Assembly: GCA_044359895.1 (NCBI GenBank)
Contig: JBIKLJ010000001.1
Span: 23,508 to 87,507, forward strand
DNA from: Pirellula sp.
GTDB taxonomy: Bacteria > Planctomycetota > Planctomycetia > Pirellulales > Pirellulaceae
Length of the DNA stretch: 64,000 nucleotides
Direction: 5' to 3'
The position numbers and the translations under genes were made by a program. The notes below the pieces were generated by a model. The model saw only the letters and a list, made by a program, of their open reading frames with translations, made no database searches and had not been told where the DNA came from. Shown piece after piece: positions 1-7,825 of the stretch. The first letter of the stretch is position 1. Each line of letters opens with the position of its first letter.

Positions 1-1254
1 GGGCTTGTTCGCTGCCAACAACGCAGCAATATCGTCTGCACTGACTGTTTGAGCAGAGTCGTCGATTTCTACCGGATCAGCCGAAACGCTCGTTTCGACG
101 GGCGGGGGTTCAGCGGGAGCGGTTGCAGGCGGAAGCACCGGACTCGGCTTGTTCCGCTGTTTGTTGTTGCGTATTTGAGCAAACAGGGCTTCGATATCAT
201 CAGGATCCGCCACAGCAGTGATGTCGTTAGAGTTCTCCGCTTCTCCGTTAGGTTGCACTTCAGCAGCCTTATCAACCGAACTCGGCTCCAGAGTGTTTGT
301 CTCGGCGGAGGGTTGTGCGATACCGTCTGAGGCGGCTAACGAATCGATGGCAACGTTGGATGTACTTTCGGAAGTTTCCAGCTGGGAATCCAGATATTGC
401 TTCTTGGCGTCATCCGAGGCGCTCGCTTCGCCGATCGATGGTTCCGTTTCGTTGGGGACGGGCGGCTTATCGGTCCAAGCTTGGTTGGATCTAGAGACAA
501 CCCCACACTTATTGTCGTCTGCGTGCAGGTACCCTTCTTCGAGCAAATCGATGATGGAATCCGTTGATTCGTTTCCTTCGATGAGCGTGACGCTGACGAT
601 ACAAGCGACAGGCAGGGGAGTACCTTGAAATTGGAAGAAGCTTGCGCTCGCAGCCTCTTCACGGATGCGTTGCATGGTCTCAAATGCTTTGGATTCGTTC
701 GAAGCAAAACTCAACACCATGAAACGCTCGGACTGGTACCGGGAAATGAAAGCTTCGTTTTCTAAGTTCAGTTTTAGGTGGTTCGCAAATGCGCGTATGG
801 CACTCTCGGTCGCCATCGCCCCATGCGTTGCTAAGATTTGAGAATATTCGTTGAGCGTGATCATGGACAGACAGGATTGCTTGCGATGCTCCGAACTAAT
901 CGAAGTCCACTCCCGAAGAAGGGAATCAAACCCCTGGCGATTGGTTAGTTTCGTGAGTCGATCTTGCCACGGACCCGGGATCTCCGAATGCATTTCACCC
1001 TCGATCCCTTGAGAACACAAAAACGGTTTCGCAGGACCACCGGCGGTACCTTTCCAGTTTTGCACGTATAAGCCTCGAAACAAACTCGACTGAAGAAAAG
1101 CCAATTTGGCTGGAGTCCAATCCGTGAGTTCCTTTTTGGCATTGCTTGCGTCGTCCCCCGAAACGCCATTGGGAGTCCATGCAAATGCTATCAAAAGCAA
1201 TACGATGATGGCCTCAGCACCAAGGCATAGATTTTCGATAGAGATGATGTCCAT
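1..1254 (-). CDS. Membrane-anchored degenerate GGDEF-domain protein with acidic/Pro-rich tail (3' end runs off the window)
   Basis: Not in the ORF track; translated by hand from ATG at 1254. It reads MDIISIENLCLGAEAIIVLLLIAFAW (TM-like), then QDRLTKLTNRQGFD (DxLTxLxNR start motif of GGDEF domains), then ISRYQSERF where ARYGGEEF is expected. The frame is open to position 1. Confidence 0.8.
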   Translation of the reverse strand, partial: MDIISIENLCLGAEAIIVLLLIAFAWTPNGVSGDDASNAKKELTDWTPAKLAFLQSSLFRGLYVQNWKGTAGGPAKPFLCSQGIEGEMHSEIPGPWQDRLTKLTNRQGFDSLLREWTSISSEHRKQSCLSMITLNEYSQILATHGAMATESAIRAFANHLKLNLENEAFISRYQSERFMVLSFASNESKAFETMQRIREEAASASFFQFQGTPLPVACIVSVTLIEGNESTDSIIDLLEEGYLHADDNKCGVVSRSNQAWTDKPPVPNETEPSIGEASASDDAKKQYLDSQLETSESTSNVAIDSLAASDGIAQPSAETNTLEPSSVDKAAEVQPNGEAENSNDITAVADPDDIEALFAQIRNNKQRNKPSPVLPPATAPAEPPPVETSVSADPVEIDDSAQTVSADDIAALLAANKP

Positions 1255-1596
1255 GTGTGATTCGTAGTGTTTAGATTGCGCAGCGACTTCATGAAGCTCG
1301 TCGAAAGAAACCAAAGAAACGTACAACGGACCCTGTGCGATGCATCTTTAGGAGGCCGCTGCGAAAAGGAATCCGTCTTAAAAGGAAGGGATTTTTCGGA
1401 ATGTAAGGATTATCCGCATTTGGCTCGTCAGCTTATTGACAACGGATAGCCTGCCAGAATAGGTTAATCCTATTCCGACTCTTTTGTCGGTTGGGGAAAT
1501 CCGAGTGCGAGTTGGAAATGGATGCATCAGGATTGAGGCTTGGAAATTTCCCTTTGGATCGAAAGAACAGAGAAACCTCGCTGAAGGAGCGAATCA

Positions 1597-1839
1597 ATGA
1601 TTGATTCCGGTTTTCAAGATGTGCTTGGGCAAGCTACTAAAATGCTTCATGACAGTCCCTTTTCTGCTTTGCGAGAATTGCGAGTTGAACAAGAAGGGGA
1701 GCTGGTGTTGCTTCGCGGGCGTGTTGATTCGTTCTTTTTGAAGCAGCTGGCTCAGGAGACAGTCCGTTCGGCAACACGAGGGATCGAGATGATTAACGAA
1801 GTTCATGTTGATGCTTCGAACTGCCATTCTTCTTCGTGA
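1597..1839 (+). CDS. Small BON-domain protein
   Basis: LRVEQEGELVLLRGRVDSFFLKQLAQETVR...INEVHV fits the BON pattern. AAGGAG Shine-Dalgarno sits just upstream. Confidence 0.75.
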   Translation: MIDSGFQDVLGQATKMLHDSPFSALRELRVEQEGELVLLRGRVDSFFLKQLAQETVRSATRGIEMINEVHVDASNCHSSS

Positions 1840-1942
1840 CCCGCCATCGTACGTTGGTTCTTTAAAAAAGCTTTCGCGACTGGGGTGTCGAGGGTATTTC
1901 GCTTGAACTATCATTCTTGGGGTGTTCTGTGCCCATTAGTTC

Positions 1943-2995
1943 TTGCAGGTGGTAGTCGCTATTGTGTTATCCTGGTTTAGCTTTCATGCGTTGCGAGTAG
2001 GTTGCATTGCGATCACGCTTTCTTGTTCCTTACATCCCGTGCGTGCCGATGAAGCCCCCAAGTCCTTGACGGTGGCCACTTGGAATTTGGAATGGTTTTT
2101 TGATGACTTCAAGTCAAACAACCGAAGTGACGTTGCCAAGGAGCAATCCTCACCCAGCAAAGAGGAATGGCAATGGAAACTCTATACGACCGCCGCCGCG
2201 ATCGCCAAATTTCAGCCTACCATCTTGGCTGTTCAAGAGATTGAAGATCGATCTGTCATGCAAGCCTTGACGAAAGCGCTCAAAGAGAATCACAACTTGC
2301 AATATCGCGTTGCATTCATCGACGGCTTTGACTCCGGTACGGAACAGGATGTTGCGATTCTTTACCAATCGGGCCTTGTCGAGTATTCGCGGCGCGAGCA
2401 AACGCAAGAAATGTTTGACTCGAAAGAGTTCTACAATCTGTCGAAGCATTTGTTTGCGCGGTTCGAATGGCAAATCAATGGCCGCACGGAATCGCTAGTG
2501 GTTCTGGTGGTTCATTTGCGAGCCACCGCCGATGCGGCGGACTTGCGACGCAAGCAATGCAAGCTCGCTCATGCATGGATGAAGGCCGGTATCGAAGCTG
2601 GAGAGAATCGAATCATTTTAGGGGACTTCAACGTGGAAGAACTGGCGGGCGAAGCCACCGAGGACGGGGATGGGATGTTTGACATCTTAGGGAAGCGGAC
2701 CGCAACGGAAGCGGATGATTTATTTGATTTGCTGGAACAGCTACCACCTGAAAAACGAAAGACTCATTTGATATTGGATAAGCAGTTCGATCGTATTCTG
2801 GTATCCAAGCCGATGCTTGCAACAGCACCGGGGCCTGGTATCAAATTTCAGACGATGGAAGTGCTTAGTCAGTACAACATTCGAGGCAACGAGGTGGACT
2901 TAGACCATTGGGATTCCCGCTACACCAAAGATCGATCGGAACGCGACATCAGCGATCATCATCCGGTGATGGCGACGTTCGATTTTCGAAACTAA
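1943..2995 (+). CDS. Endonuclease/exonuclease/phosphatase family protein, probably exported
   Basis: Motifs TWNLEWF, LAVQEIE, HLRA, ILGDFN, FDRILVS and SDHHPV are present; the N-terminus is hydrophobic. Confidence 0.9.
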   Translation: MQVVVAIVLSWFSFHALRVGCIAITLSCSLHPVRADEAPKSLTVATWNLEWFFDDFKSNNRSDVAKEQSSPSKEEWQWKLYTTAAAIAKFQPTILAVQEIEDRSVMQALTKALKENHNLQYRVAFIDGFDSGTEQDVAILYQSGLVEYSRREQTQEMFDSKEFYNLSKHLFARFEWQINGRTESLVVLVVHLRATADAADLRRKQCKLAHAWMKAGIEAGENRIILGDFNVEELAGEATEDGDGMFDILGKRTATEADDLFDLLEQLPPEKRKTHLILDKQFDRILVSKPMLATAPGPGIKFQTMEVLSQYNIRGNEVDLDHWDSRYTKDRSERDISDHHPVMATFDFRN

Positions 2996-2999
2996 AAAT

Positions 3000-3863
3000 A
3001 TGGATCCGTCATCTGAGCAAGTGGAGCCAAAAGGTTCATCCTCGAGACCCAACTGGCAGCTTCCCGAGGGTGTTTCTCGCGGTGCGTGGGATTATGTGAA
3101 TGAACCTTCGATTGCGACGGAGTATGATCGGTTTCACGCTGGTCATCCCTTGCTGGATTTGGATCACGAGATCATCACGAATCAGCTTGGAGACCAGCCA
3201 TTTCGACCGGATGGATCGCCCAAAATAGCGGTCGATTGCGGATGCGGAACGGGACGGAATCTTCTGCCATTAGCGGCTCAAGGATGGCGAGTCCTTGGTG
3301 TCGACTTGAGCAGCGAGATGCTGCGTGCGTTTCGAACCAAAGCGGACAAATCTTGGCAAGACCGAGTCTCTACGGTTCGAGCGAACATGGCGAATATTGG
3401 GTTTCTGAAGGACAATAGTGCGGATGCCGTTCTGTGCATGTACAGTTCGATTGGTATGCTTCAAGGGCGATCGAATCGACGCAATTTTCTTGGTCATGCA
3501 GCTCGTACACTGCGTGACGATGGCCGTTTTATTGTCCACGTGCACAATCGCGGTTCATGGCTTCGCGATCCAGGCGGCATACGACGGACGCTCGGCGATT
3601 GGTGGCGATCGAAGCGAGAAAAAGGCTGGGAGCTTGGTGATAGTGTGTATGCGTACCGAGGTCTCCCAACGATGTTCCTTCACATCTATTCGGAGAGTGA
3701 ACTTCTGGCCGATTTATCAGCGAGTGGCTTCCTACTTCACAAGTTGTATCGATTCAACAGAACATCCAGCCAAGTTCTCAAGGGAAGCTGGTTCAAACAT
3801 CTTCGAAGCGGCGGTTTTATCGCTGTGTGTAAGCGCAAGAGCAAGTCACTCGCAGCATCGTAG
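3000..3863 (+). CDS. Class I SAM-dependent methyltransferase
   Basis: Motif I VDCGCGTGR, followed by VLGVDLSSEML and ADAVLC. Confidence 0.85.
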   Translation: MDPSSEQVEPKGSSSRPNWQLPEGVSRGAWDYVNEPSIATEYDRFHAGHPLLDLDHEIITNQLGDQPFRPDGSPKIAVDCGCGTGRNLLPLAAQGWRVLGVDLSSEMLRAFRTKADKSWQDRVSTVRANMANIGFLKDNSADAVLCMYSSIGMLQGRSNRRNFLGHAARTLRDDGRFIVHVHNRGSWLRDPGGIRRTLGDWWRSKREKGWELGDSVYAYRGLPTMFLHIYSESELLADLSASGFLLHKLYRFNRTSSQVLKGSWFKHLRSGGFIAVCKRKSKSLAAS

Positions 3864-3879
3864 CGCTGCCCCCAGCATC

Positions 3880-4119
3880 GCACTGCTTTCCATTCGGGTT
3901 CACCCCAATCGGAAGCAACAACTGACAGCTACGCAAACGGTCGAATTGAGTAGCATGTTAGAAATCAAGTCATGGATCCTTTCTTTTGGATCTTCGGCAG
4001 AGGTACTACAACCACCGGAATTAAGAAAAAGTATTGAAGAAGAGATCCGACATTTACAAAGGGTTTATGGCAGCTCGTCAATCCAACGCCCCCATTCATC
4101 AACAGGTGAAAAAGCATGA
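3880..4119 (+). pseudogene. C-terminal (WCX-like) remnant of a WYL-domain regulator
   Basis: VELSSMLEIKSWILSFGSSAEVLQPPELRKSIEEEIRHLQRVY matches the C-terminal pattern of WYL proteins (EikxWilsfGxxaeVLxPxeLR). The HTH and WYL core are missing. The start coordinate is approximate. Confidence 0.75.
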
Positions 4120-4283
4120 TTACATCCGAACCGCATGTCGATTTGTCTTTCAAGCTGCGATGCGAATCCCAGCTTTGGTCGGACCACGGCTTTGCGCTCT
4201 TTGGTGCGGTCTCGCGTCTATTGCCAGACACCCCTGAAGCCAACAGTCTAGGTATTTTGCCGATTTCTGGTGGCCAGGTATGA
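4116..4283 (+). pseudogene. cas6: N-terminal remnant of Cas6 (MYXAN-type, DHGxAL motif), 55 codons
   Basis: Hand translation gives MITSEPHVDLSFKLRCESQLWSDHGFALFGAVSRLLPDTPEANSLGILPISGGQV*. This resembles the vDLxFxl..DHGYaLygAlsrllP...gihPIxG start of MYXAN-type Cas6. The ATG overlaps the WYL-remnant stop (ATGA). Confidence 0.7.
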
Positions 4284-4344
4284 ACATAAACGCGGACGAT
4301 GCAAGCGTGGTGATAAGAAACAAGTCCTCGCGTGGCCCAGTGAT

Positions 4345-4542
4345 CGTACCGTTACTGCAAATAAGATTTGGCTTTCCGACTCAGGGCGTCGCAAAGCGAT
4401 TGCTTTGTTCGAGGAACGATTGAACGACACATATGTGCATCCGCATACTGGGCAATCCATGGCTTATTCGCGAATGGTTGAGTTGGAGCTTCGGCTTTTG
4501 GAGAAGGAATGGACAGGCGAATCGCAACTTCCCCTTTCCTAA
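4345..4542 (+). pseudogene. cas1: C-terminal remnant of Cas1
   Basis: KIWLSDSGRRKAIALFEERLNDTYVHPHTGQSMAYSRMVELELRLLEKEWTGE matches the Cas1 C-terminal pattern GRrkxixxfExRl...HP..g...sY.R..ElqxRLL. The catalytic core is absent. The start coordinate is approximate. Confidence 0.75.
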
Positions 4543-4710
4543 GTCGTTTGCCTGTTGGTGGTTAGCAGTAATGGTTGGCGTAAAGACCAGGCTGATATTG
4601 TCTATGCTTACAAGAACGCCAATGGTATCGAGCGACATGCGGGGCTTTCGCAAAAGGAATTGGCTTGCTGGGATGCGTGAGCAAGAGTTTCAGTTGAAGT
4701 CGACGACAAC

Positions 4711-5085
4711 CTAGGTGCTGCTGGATTCAAAAGAGATCAACCTTGCACCACATTCGTAACAGCCTTTGCCCAATCGACGGCATCGAACAATCTTAGCCAC
4801 GGCTCGCCTGTCCATGAATGTAATGGTGACTCGTTCTTCCGGCCAAAGCTGTTCGTGCACAAGCAACCCAATTCCACATTTGGAAACATCTTTCACCAGA
4901 ACTCGCATCTCGCTATCGGAACGTGCAAGCATGGGTGGAGACCAGTCAATGCGAAGGTCTGCCTCGCAGCGGCATCGAAGACGACTGTGCTTGCGAGTCT
5001 CGAAGTGGGTGGTCTCGGTAAAACCACCTTCGGAAAAGAAGTTCGACAAGCTCGGGGGGAGCTGGACTTTTAGTATCCTGGTCAT
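4711..5085 (-). CDS. PilZ-domain protein (c-di-GMP receptor)
   Basis: RxxxR (RKHSR) and DxSxxG (DVSKCG) motifs are present. The ATG at 5085 overlaps the HD-GYP stop codon. Confidence 0.8.
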   Translation of the reverse strand: MTRILKVQLPPSLSNFFSEGGFTETTHFETRKHSRLRCRCEADLRIDWSPPMLARSDSEMRVLVKDVSKCGIGLLVHEQLWPEERVTITFMDRRAVAKIVRCRRLGKGCYECGARLISFESSST

Positions 5086-6050
5086 GTTATTTTCTCTGCT
5101 TCCAACAAGCCTATCCAAGCATCGACAAAAGCTGGGTCCAGCGAATGGTTAGACTCACGCTGTAAGATCGCGATTGCCGAAGTCACGCTTAGCCTTTGCC
5201 TTTGTGGACGATCGGAGGTAACCGCCTCAAAGGTATCCACGACCGAACACAATCGGGCCCATGGATGGATTTCAGACTGAACTAAAGCGGTTGGGTATCC
5301 TTTGCCGTCCACTCTTTCGTGATGTTGATAGACAATCATTAGCTCATCGCGAGACAAATCCGCAACCTTGCATAACAGCTTGTAGCCTAAGATCGAATGC
5401 TTTACGATTTCCTTCCGCTCAAACTCGTCCAGCTTTCGCGCTTTCTTAACTAACTTAGGATCCAGCTCCAACATACCAACATCATGCAGCAAAACACCCG
5501 TTCCGATCTTACTAAGATCCGACAGGGGATACCCTAGGCTCTCGGCTAGGAAAATCGCATAACATGCAACATTGACCGAGTGCGTTGCAATGTGATCGTC
5601 ATGACGCAAAATTTCTAGAAGATCCCGTAATGTTGGCTGGTTCCGGTTGATCAAGGAGGCAAAGACGCGGCTGAGGGAACGAGCAACACGCACAAGATTA
5701 TCTGGTTGCTTCATCACAAATGTTTTAGCAATTAGATCCCGAGATATCTCCATAATGTTGGTAAGTCGGGTCTTCCAAGGAAGAGTCTCATCCTCTAAAA
5801 ACCGCTCCCAATTCGAACGCAGATGTTCTTGAAACTGCTCGAATTGATCGTTGGATACGTAAAGATTGTACACCCCCTCCGACTCGAAGCTACCGATTTT
5901 ATTGAGATCAATTGCTTGTGTTTCGGATATCAGCAGAATCGGGCGATGGTCATTTTTTGCGCACGCGTAAATGTTGACTTCAGGGCGTGCGTCGTCAATC
6001 AAGCTAAAAATGCTTATAGGAATGAAGGTCTGGTTATTGGTCGTCAACAT
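5082..6050 (-). CDS. HD-GYP domain c-di-GMP phosphodiesterase
   Basis: THSVNV, LLHDVG, HHERVDGKGYP and VVDTFEAVTSDRP motifs. Confidence 0.9.
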   Translation of the reverse strand: MLTTNNQTFIPISIFSLIDDARPEVNIYACAKNDHRPILLISETQAIDLNKIGSFESEGVYNLYVSNDQFEQFQEHLRSNWERFLEDETLPWKTRLTNIMEISRDLIAKTFVMKQPDNLVRVARSLSRVFASLINRNQPTLRDLLEILRHDDHIATHSVNVACYAIFLAESLGYPLSDLSKIGTGVLLHDVGMLELDPKLVKKARKLDEFERKEIVKHSILGYKLLCKVADLSRDELMIVYQHHERVDGKGYPTALVQSEIHPWARLCSVVDTFEAVTSDRPQRQRLSVTSAIAILQRESNHSLDPAFVDAWIGLLEAEKIT

Positions 6051-6480
6051 TACCTGGATTGGACTTCCTAGAAATTGTCACACGGACTGCTGGACTTCGA
6101 AACCTAGGACGCAAAGAACTCCTGGCTATTCGATTAGGTTCGATTCCTTGGAAGTTATTTGGACGTGCAGACGGTTCATCTACTAATGTCGGCGCAATCG
6201 TACTATCCCGCCTCATGAAACCAACCAAGCATTTCGACATGGAGCAGAATATGGAGCTCCGAACTGAAATGAAAATCCAAAAATCGGAGCTGATAAGTCC
6301 GATCGAGGATCCCAAGAATGTAGATTCGGAATAATCGGCATGATTTGCATGGCCGTTGGGGGAAACCTTGCTGATTTCTCGCCCCTTGCTACCTCGGCTC
6401 GAACGATCGCGTAGAGTTTGCTCGGCAGCGAGAGTTTGCCGTTTGTAGCAATCTATTGTTTCAACGCGTTTTGGGGGGGA

Positions 6481-6861
6481 ATGAGTATGCCAAAGTCAGT
6501 TAAAGCCGGCGAAGAAGTCGTTACGCTCGATCGAAGACGGGGGAGCCGACGCTCTTCGGTGATTGCCGAAGAGGCACAAGTGAAGGCGCTGATCGCTCAG
6601 GAAAAGAGACGAACAAAAACCCAGCGCCGCCGTCAAATTGACCCTACCACTTGCGAACGCGATTACTCGGGCGATGAAGTGGAGTTTATGCAAGCCATGG
6701 ATGCGTACAAACGAAAGAATGGCCGCATGTTTCCTACGTGCAGTGAAATTCTCGAGGTCATTCGGGACCTTGGCTACACTCGGCCCGACCGAATTGCAGA
6801 CCCGGACTCCCTGGCTGCTTCGATCGAAGAAAATCTAGCTCAAGCAATTGAGGCAAAATAG
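6481..6861 (+). CDS. Conserved planctomycete hypothetical protein
   Basis: Arg-rich N-terminus, then RRRQIDPTTCERDY..EFMQAMDAYKRKNGRMFPTCSEILEVIRDLGY, a pattern I recall from planctomycete hypotheticals. The ATG at 6481 follows a G-rich SD-like run. Confidence 0.7.
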   Translation: MSMPKSVKAGEEVVTLDRRRGSRRSSVIAEEAQVKALIAQEKRRTKTQRRRQIDPTTCERDYSGDEVEFMQAMDAYKRKNGRMFPTCSEILEVIRDLGYTRPDRIADPDSLAASIEENLAQAIEAK

Positions 6862-7059
6862 TTTTCGCCCTTTCAGCAAAACAATCGGCATTTTGCAACT
6901 TTCCGATGCTGTGTTTTGTCTGATGAGCTCGTCCAATCGTTGACCTTCACTAGCCTCGGTCTACAATGCCTTGGTTCGCAGGGTGTCGCATCCCCAGAAC
7001 CAGCGTATTATCCGGTGCAGTTCGCAATTAAGACCTTCGGGTCAAGGCAACGATTTAGA

Positions 7060-7824
7060 ATGACCCAACGATGGCTGGCGGCTTTGCCTGTTTACAACGA
7101 AGCGCCTTTTGTTAACCAAGTTTTGGATGAAGTACTCAAGTACGCGCCTGATGTTCTGGCCGTCAACGATGGTTCTAAGGATGCCACCGGGGAACTTCTC
7201 GACCGGCGCGGTGACATTGCGGTCCTACACCACGAGCAGAACCGCGGATACGGTGCGGCCCTGAAAACGGCCTTTCAATACGCCATCGAAGAAGGGTATG
7301 AAATCGTCGTCACGCTCGATTGCGATGGCCAACATCAGCCCATGCGAATCCCACGCTTTGTGTCGGCTTGCCAAAACGCCGATATCGTTTCGGGCTCTCG
7401 CTACCTTAAAAAATATGACGGTGACAGCGTGCCGCCCGCCCAGCGACTGTTTATTAACAAACAGGTCACCAAAACCATCAACGATTTGTTCCATTGGAAT
7501 TTGACCGATACCTTCTGTGGCTTTAAGGCGTATCGCACGTCGGCTTTGGCCCAGCTCCAAATCACAGTGGAAGGCTATGCGATGCCGCTCGAACTGTGGG
7601 CACAGGCCGCCATGTTAGAAATGCGAATCATCGAAATCCCAGTACCGCTGATCTACCTGGACGAGTCGAGGTCGTTTGGCGGCGCACTCGATGATGGTAG
7701 CGTGCGCTTGGCGTACTACAATCAAGTCATCGAACAAAGCATTCAAGTCATGCTGGACCGGGGATACCAACTGCCCTCCACACCACCTACCACTTCGATG
7801 CAACGATGTGGGGAGTGTCCGTAG
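7060..7824 (+). CDS. Glycosyltransferase family 2 (DPM-synthase-like)
   Basis: LPVYNE, VNDGSKD, NRGYGAA, TLDCDGQH (DxD), VSGSRY and DTFCGFKAYR motifs. Confidence 0.92.
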   Translation: MTQRWLAALPVYNEAPFVNQVLDEVLKYAPDVLAVNDGSKDATGELLDRRGDIAVLHHEQNRGYGAALKTAFQYAIEEGYEIVVTLDCDGQHQPMRIPRFVSACQNADIVSGSRYLKKYDGDSVPPAQRLFINKQVTKTINDLFHWNLTDTFCGFKAYRTSALAQLQITVEGYAMPLELWAQAAMLEMRIIEIPVPLIYLDESRSFGGALDDGSVRLAYYNQVIEQSIQVMLDRGYQLPSTPPTTSMQRCGECP

Positions 7825-7825
7825 C

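Noticed and set aside
1579-1593. CGCTGAAGGAGCGAA, similar to the glycine riboswitch core
   Set aside because: It lacks the downstream CUCUCAGG element, and the AAGGAG is explained as the Shine-Dalgarno site of the BON gene.
3418-3880. 5' part of the 233 aa ORF 3418-4119
   Set aside because: It overlaps the methyltransferase in another frame and has no recognisable motifs. Only the last part is WYL-like.
4543-4710. Possible cas2, leader or CRISPR repeat remnants after the cas1 fragment
   Set aside because: There is no YDI or QYSVF-type Cas2 motif in any forward frame and no repeated unit. The GTTTCAG..TTGAAG resemblance is too short to support a call.
6136-6150. AGGTTCGATTCCT, similar to a tRNA T-arm
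   Set aside because: Only three base pairs form, and no acceptor, D or anticodon stem can be built around it.
6085-6155. GGACGCAAAG..CTCC.GGC.TA resembling the c-di-GMP-I riboswitch core, next to HD-GYP/PilZ genes
   Set aside because: The P2 stem around GAAA cannot pair and the 5' G-AAA element is missing. An Infernal search with RF01051 would settle it.
6034-6334. Two opposing ORFs of about 90 aa upstream of the HD-GYP gene
   Set aside because: Neither has a recognisable domain or a convincing ribosome-binding site, and they overlap each other in a divergent promoter region.
6336-6349. CGGCATGATTTGCA, sigma54-like promoter
   Set aside because: The GG-to-GC spacing is 2 nt shorter than the fixed -24/-12 spacing.
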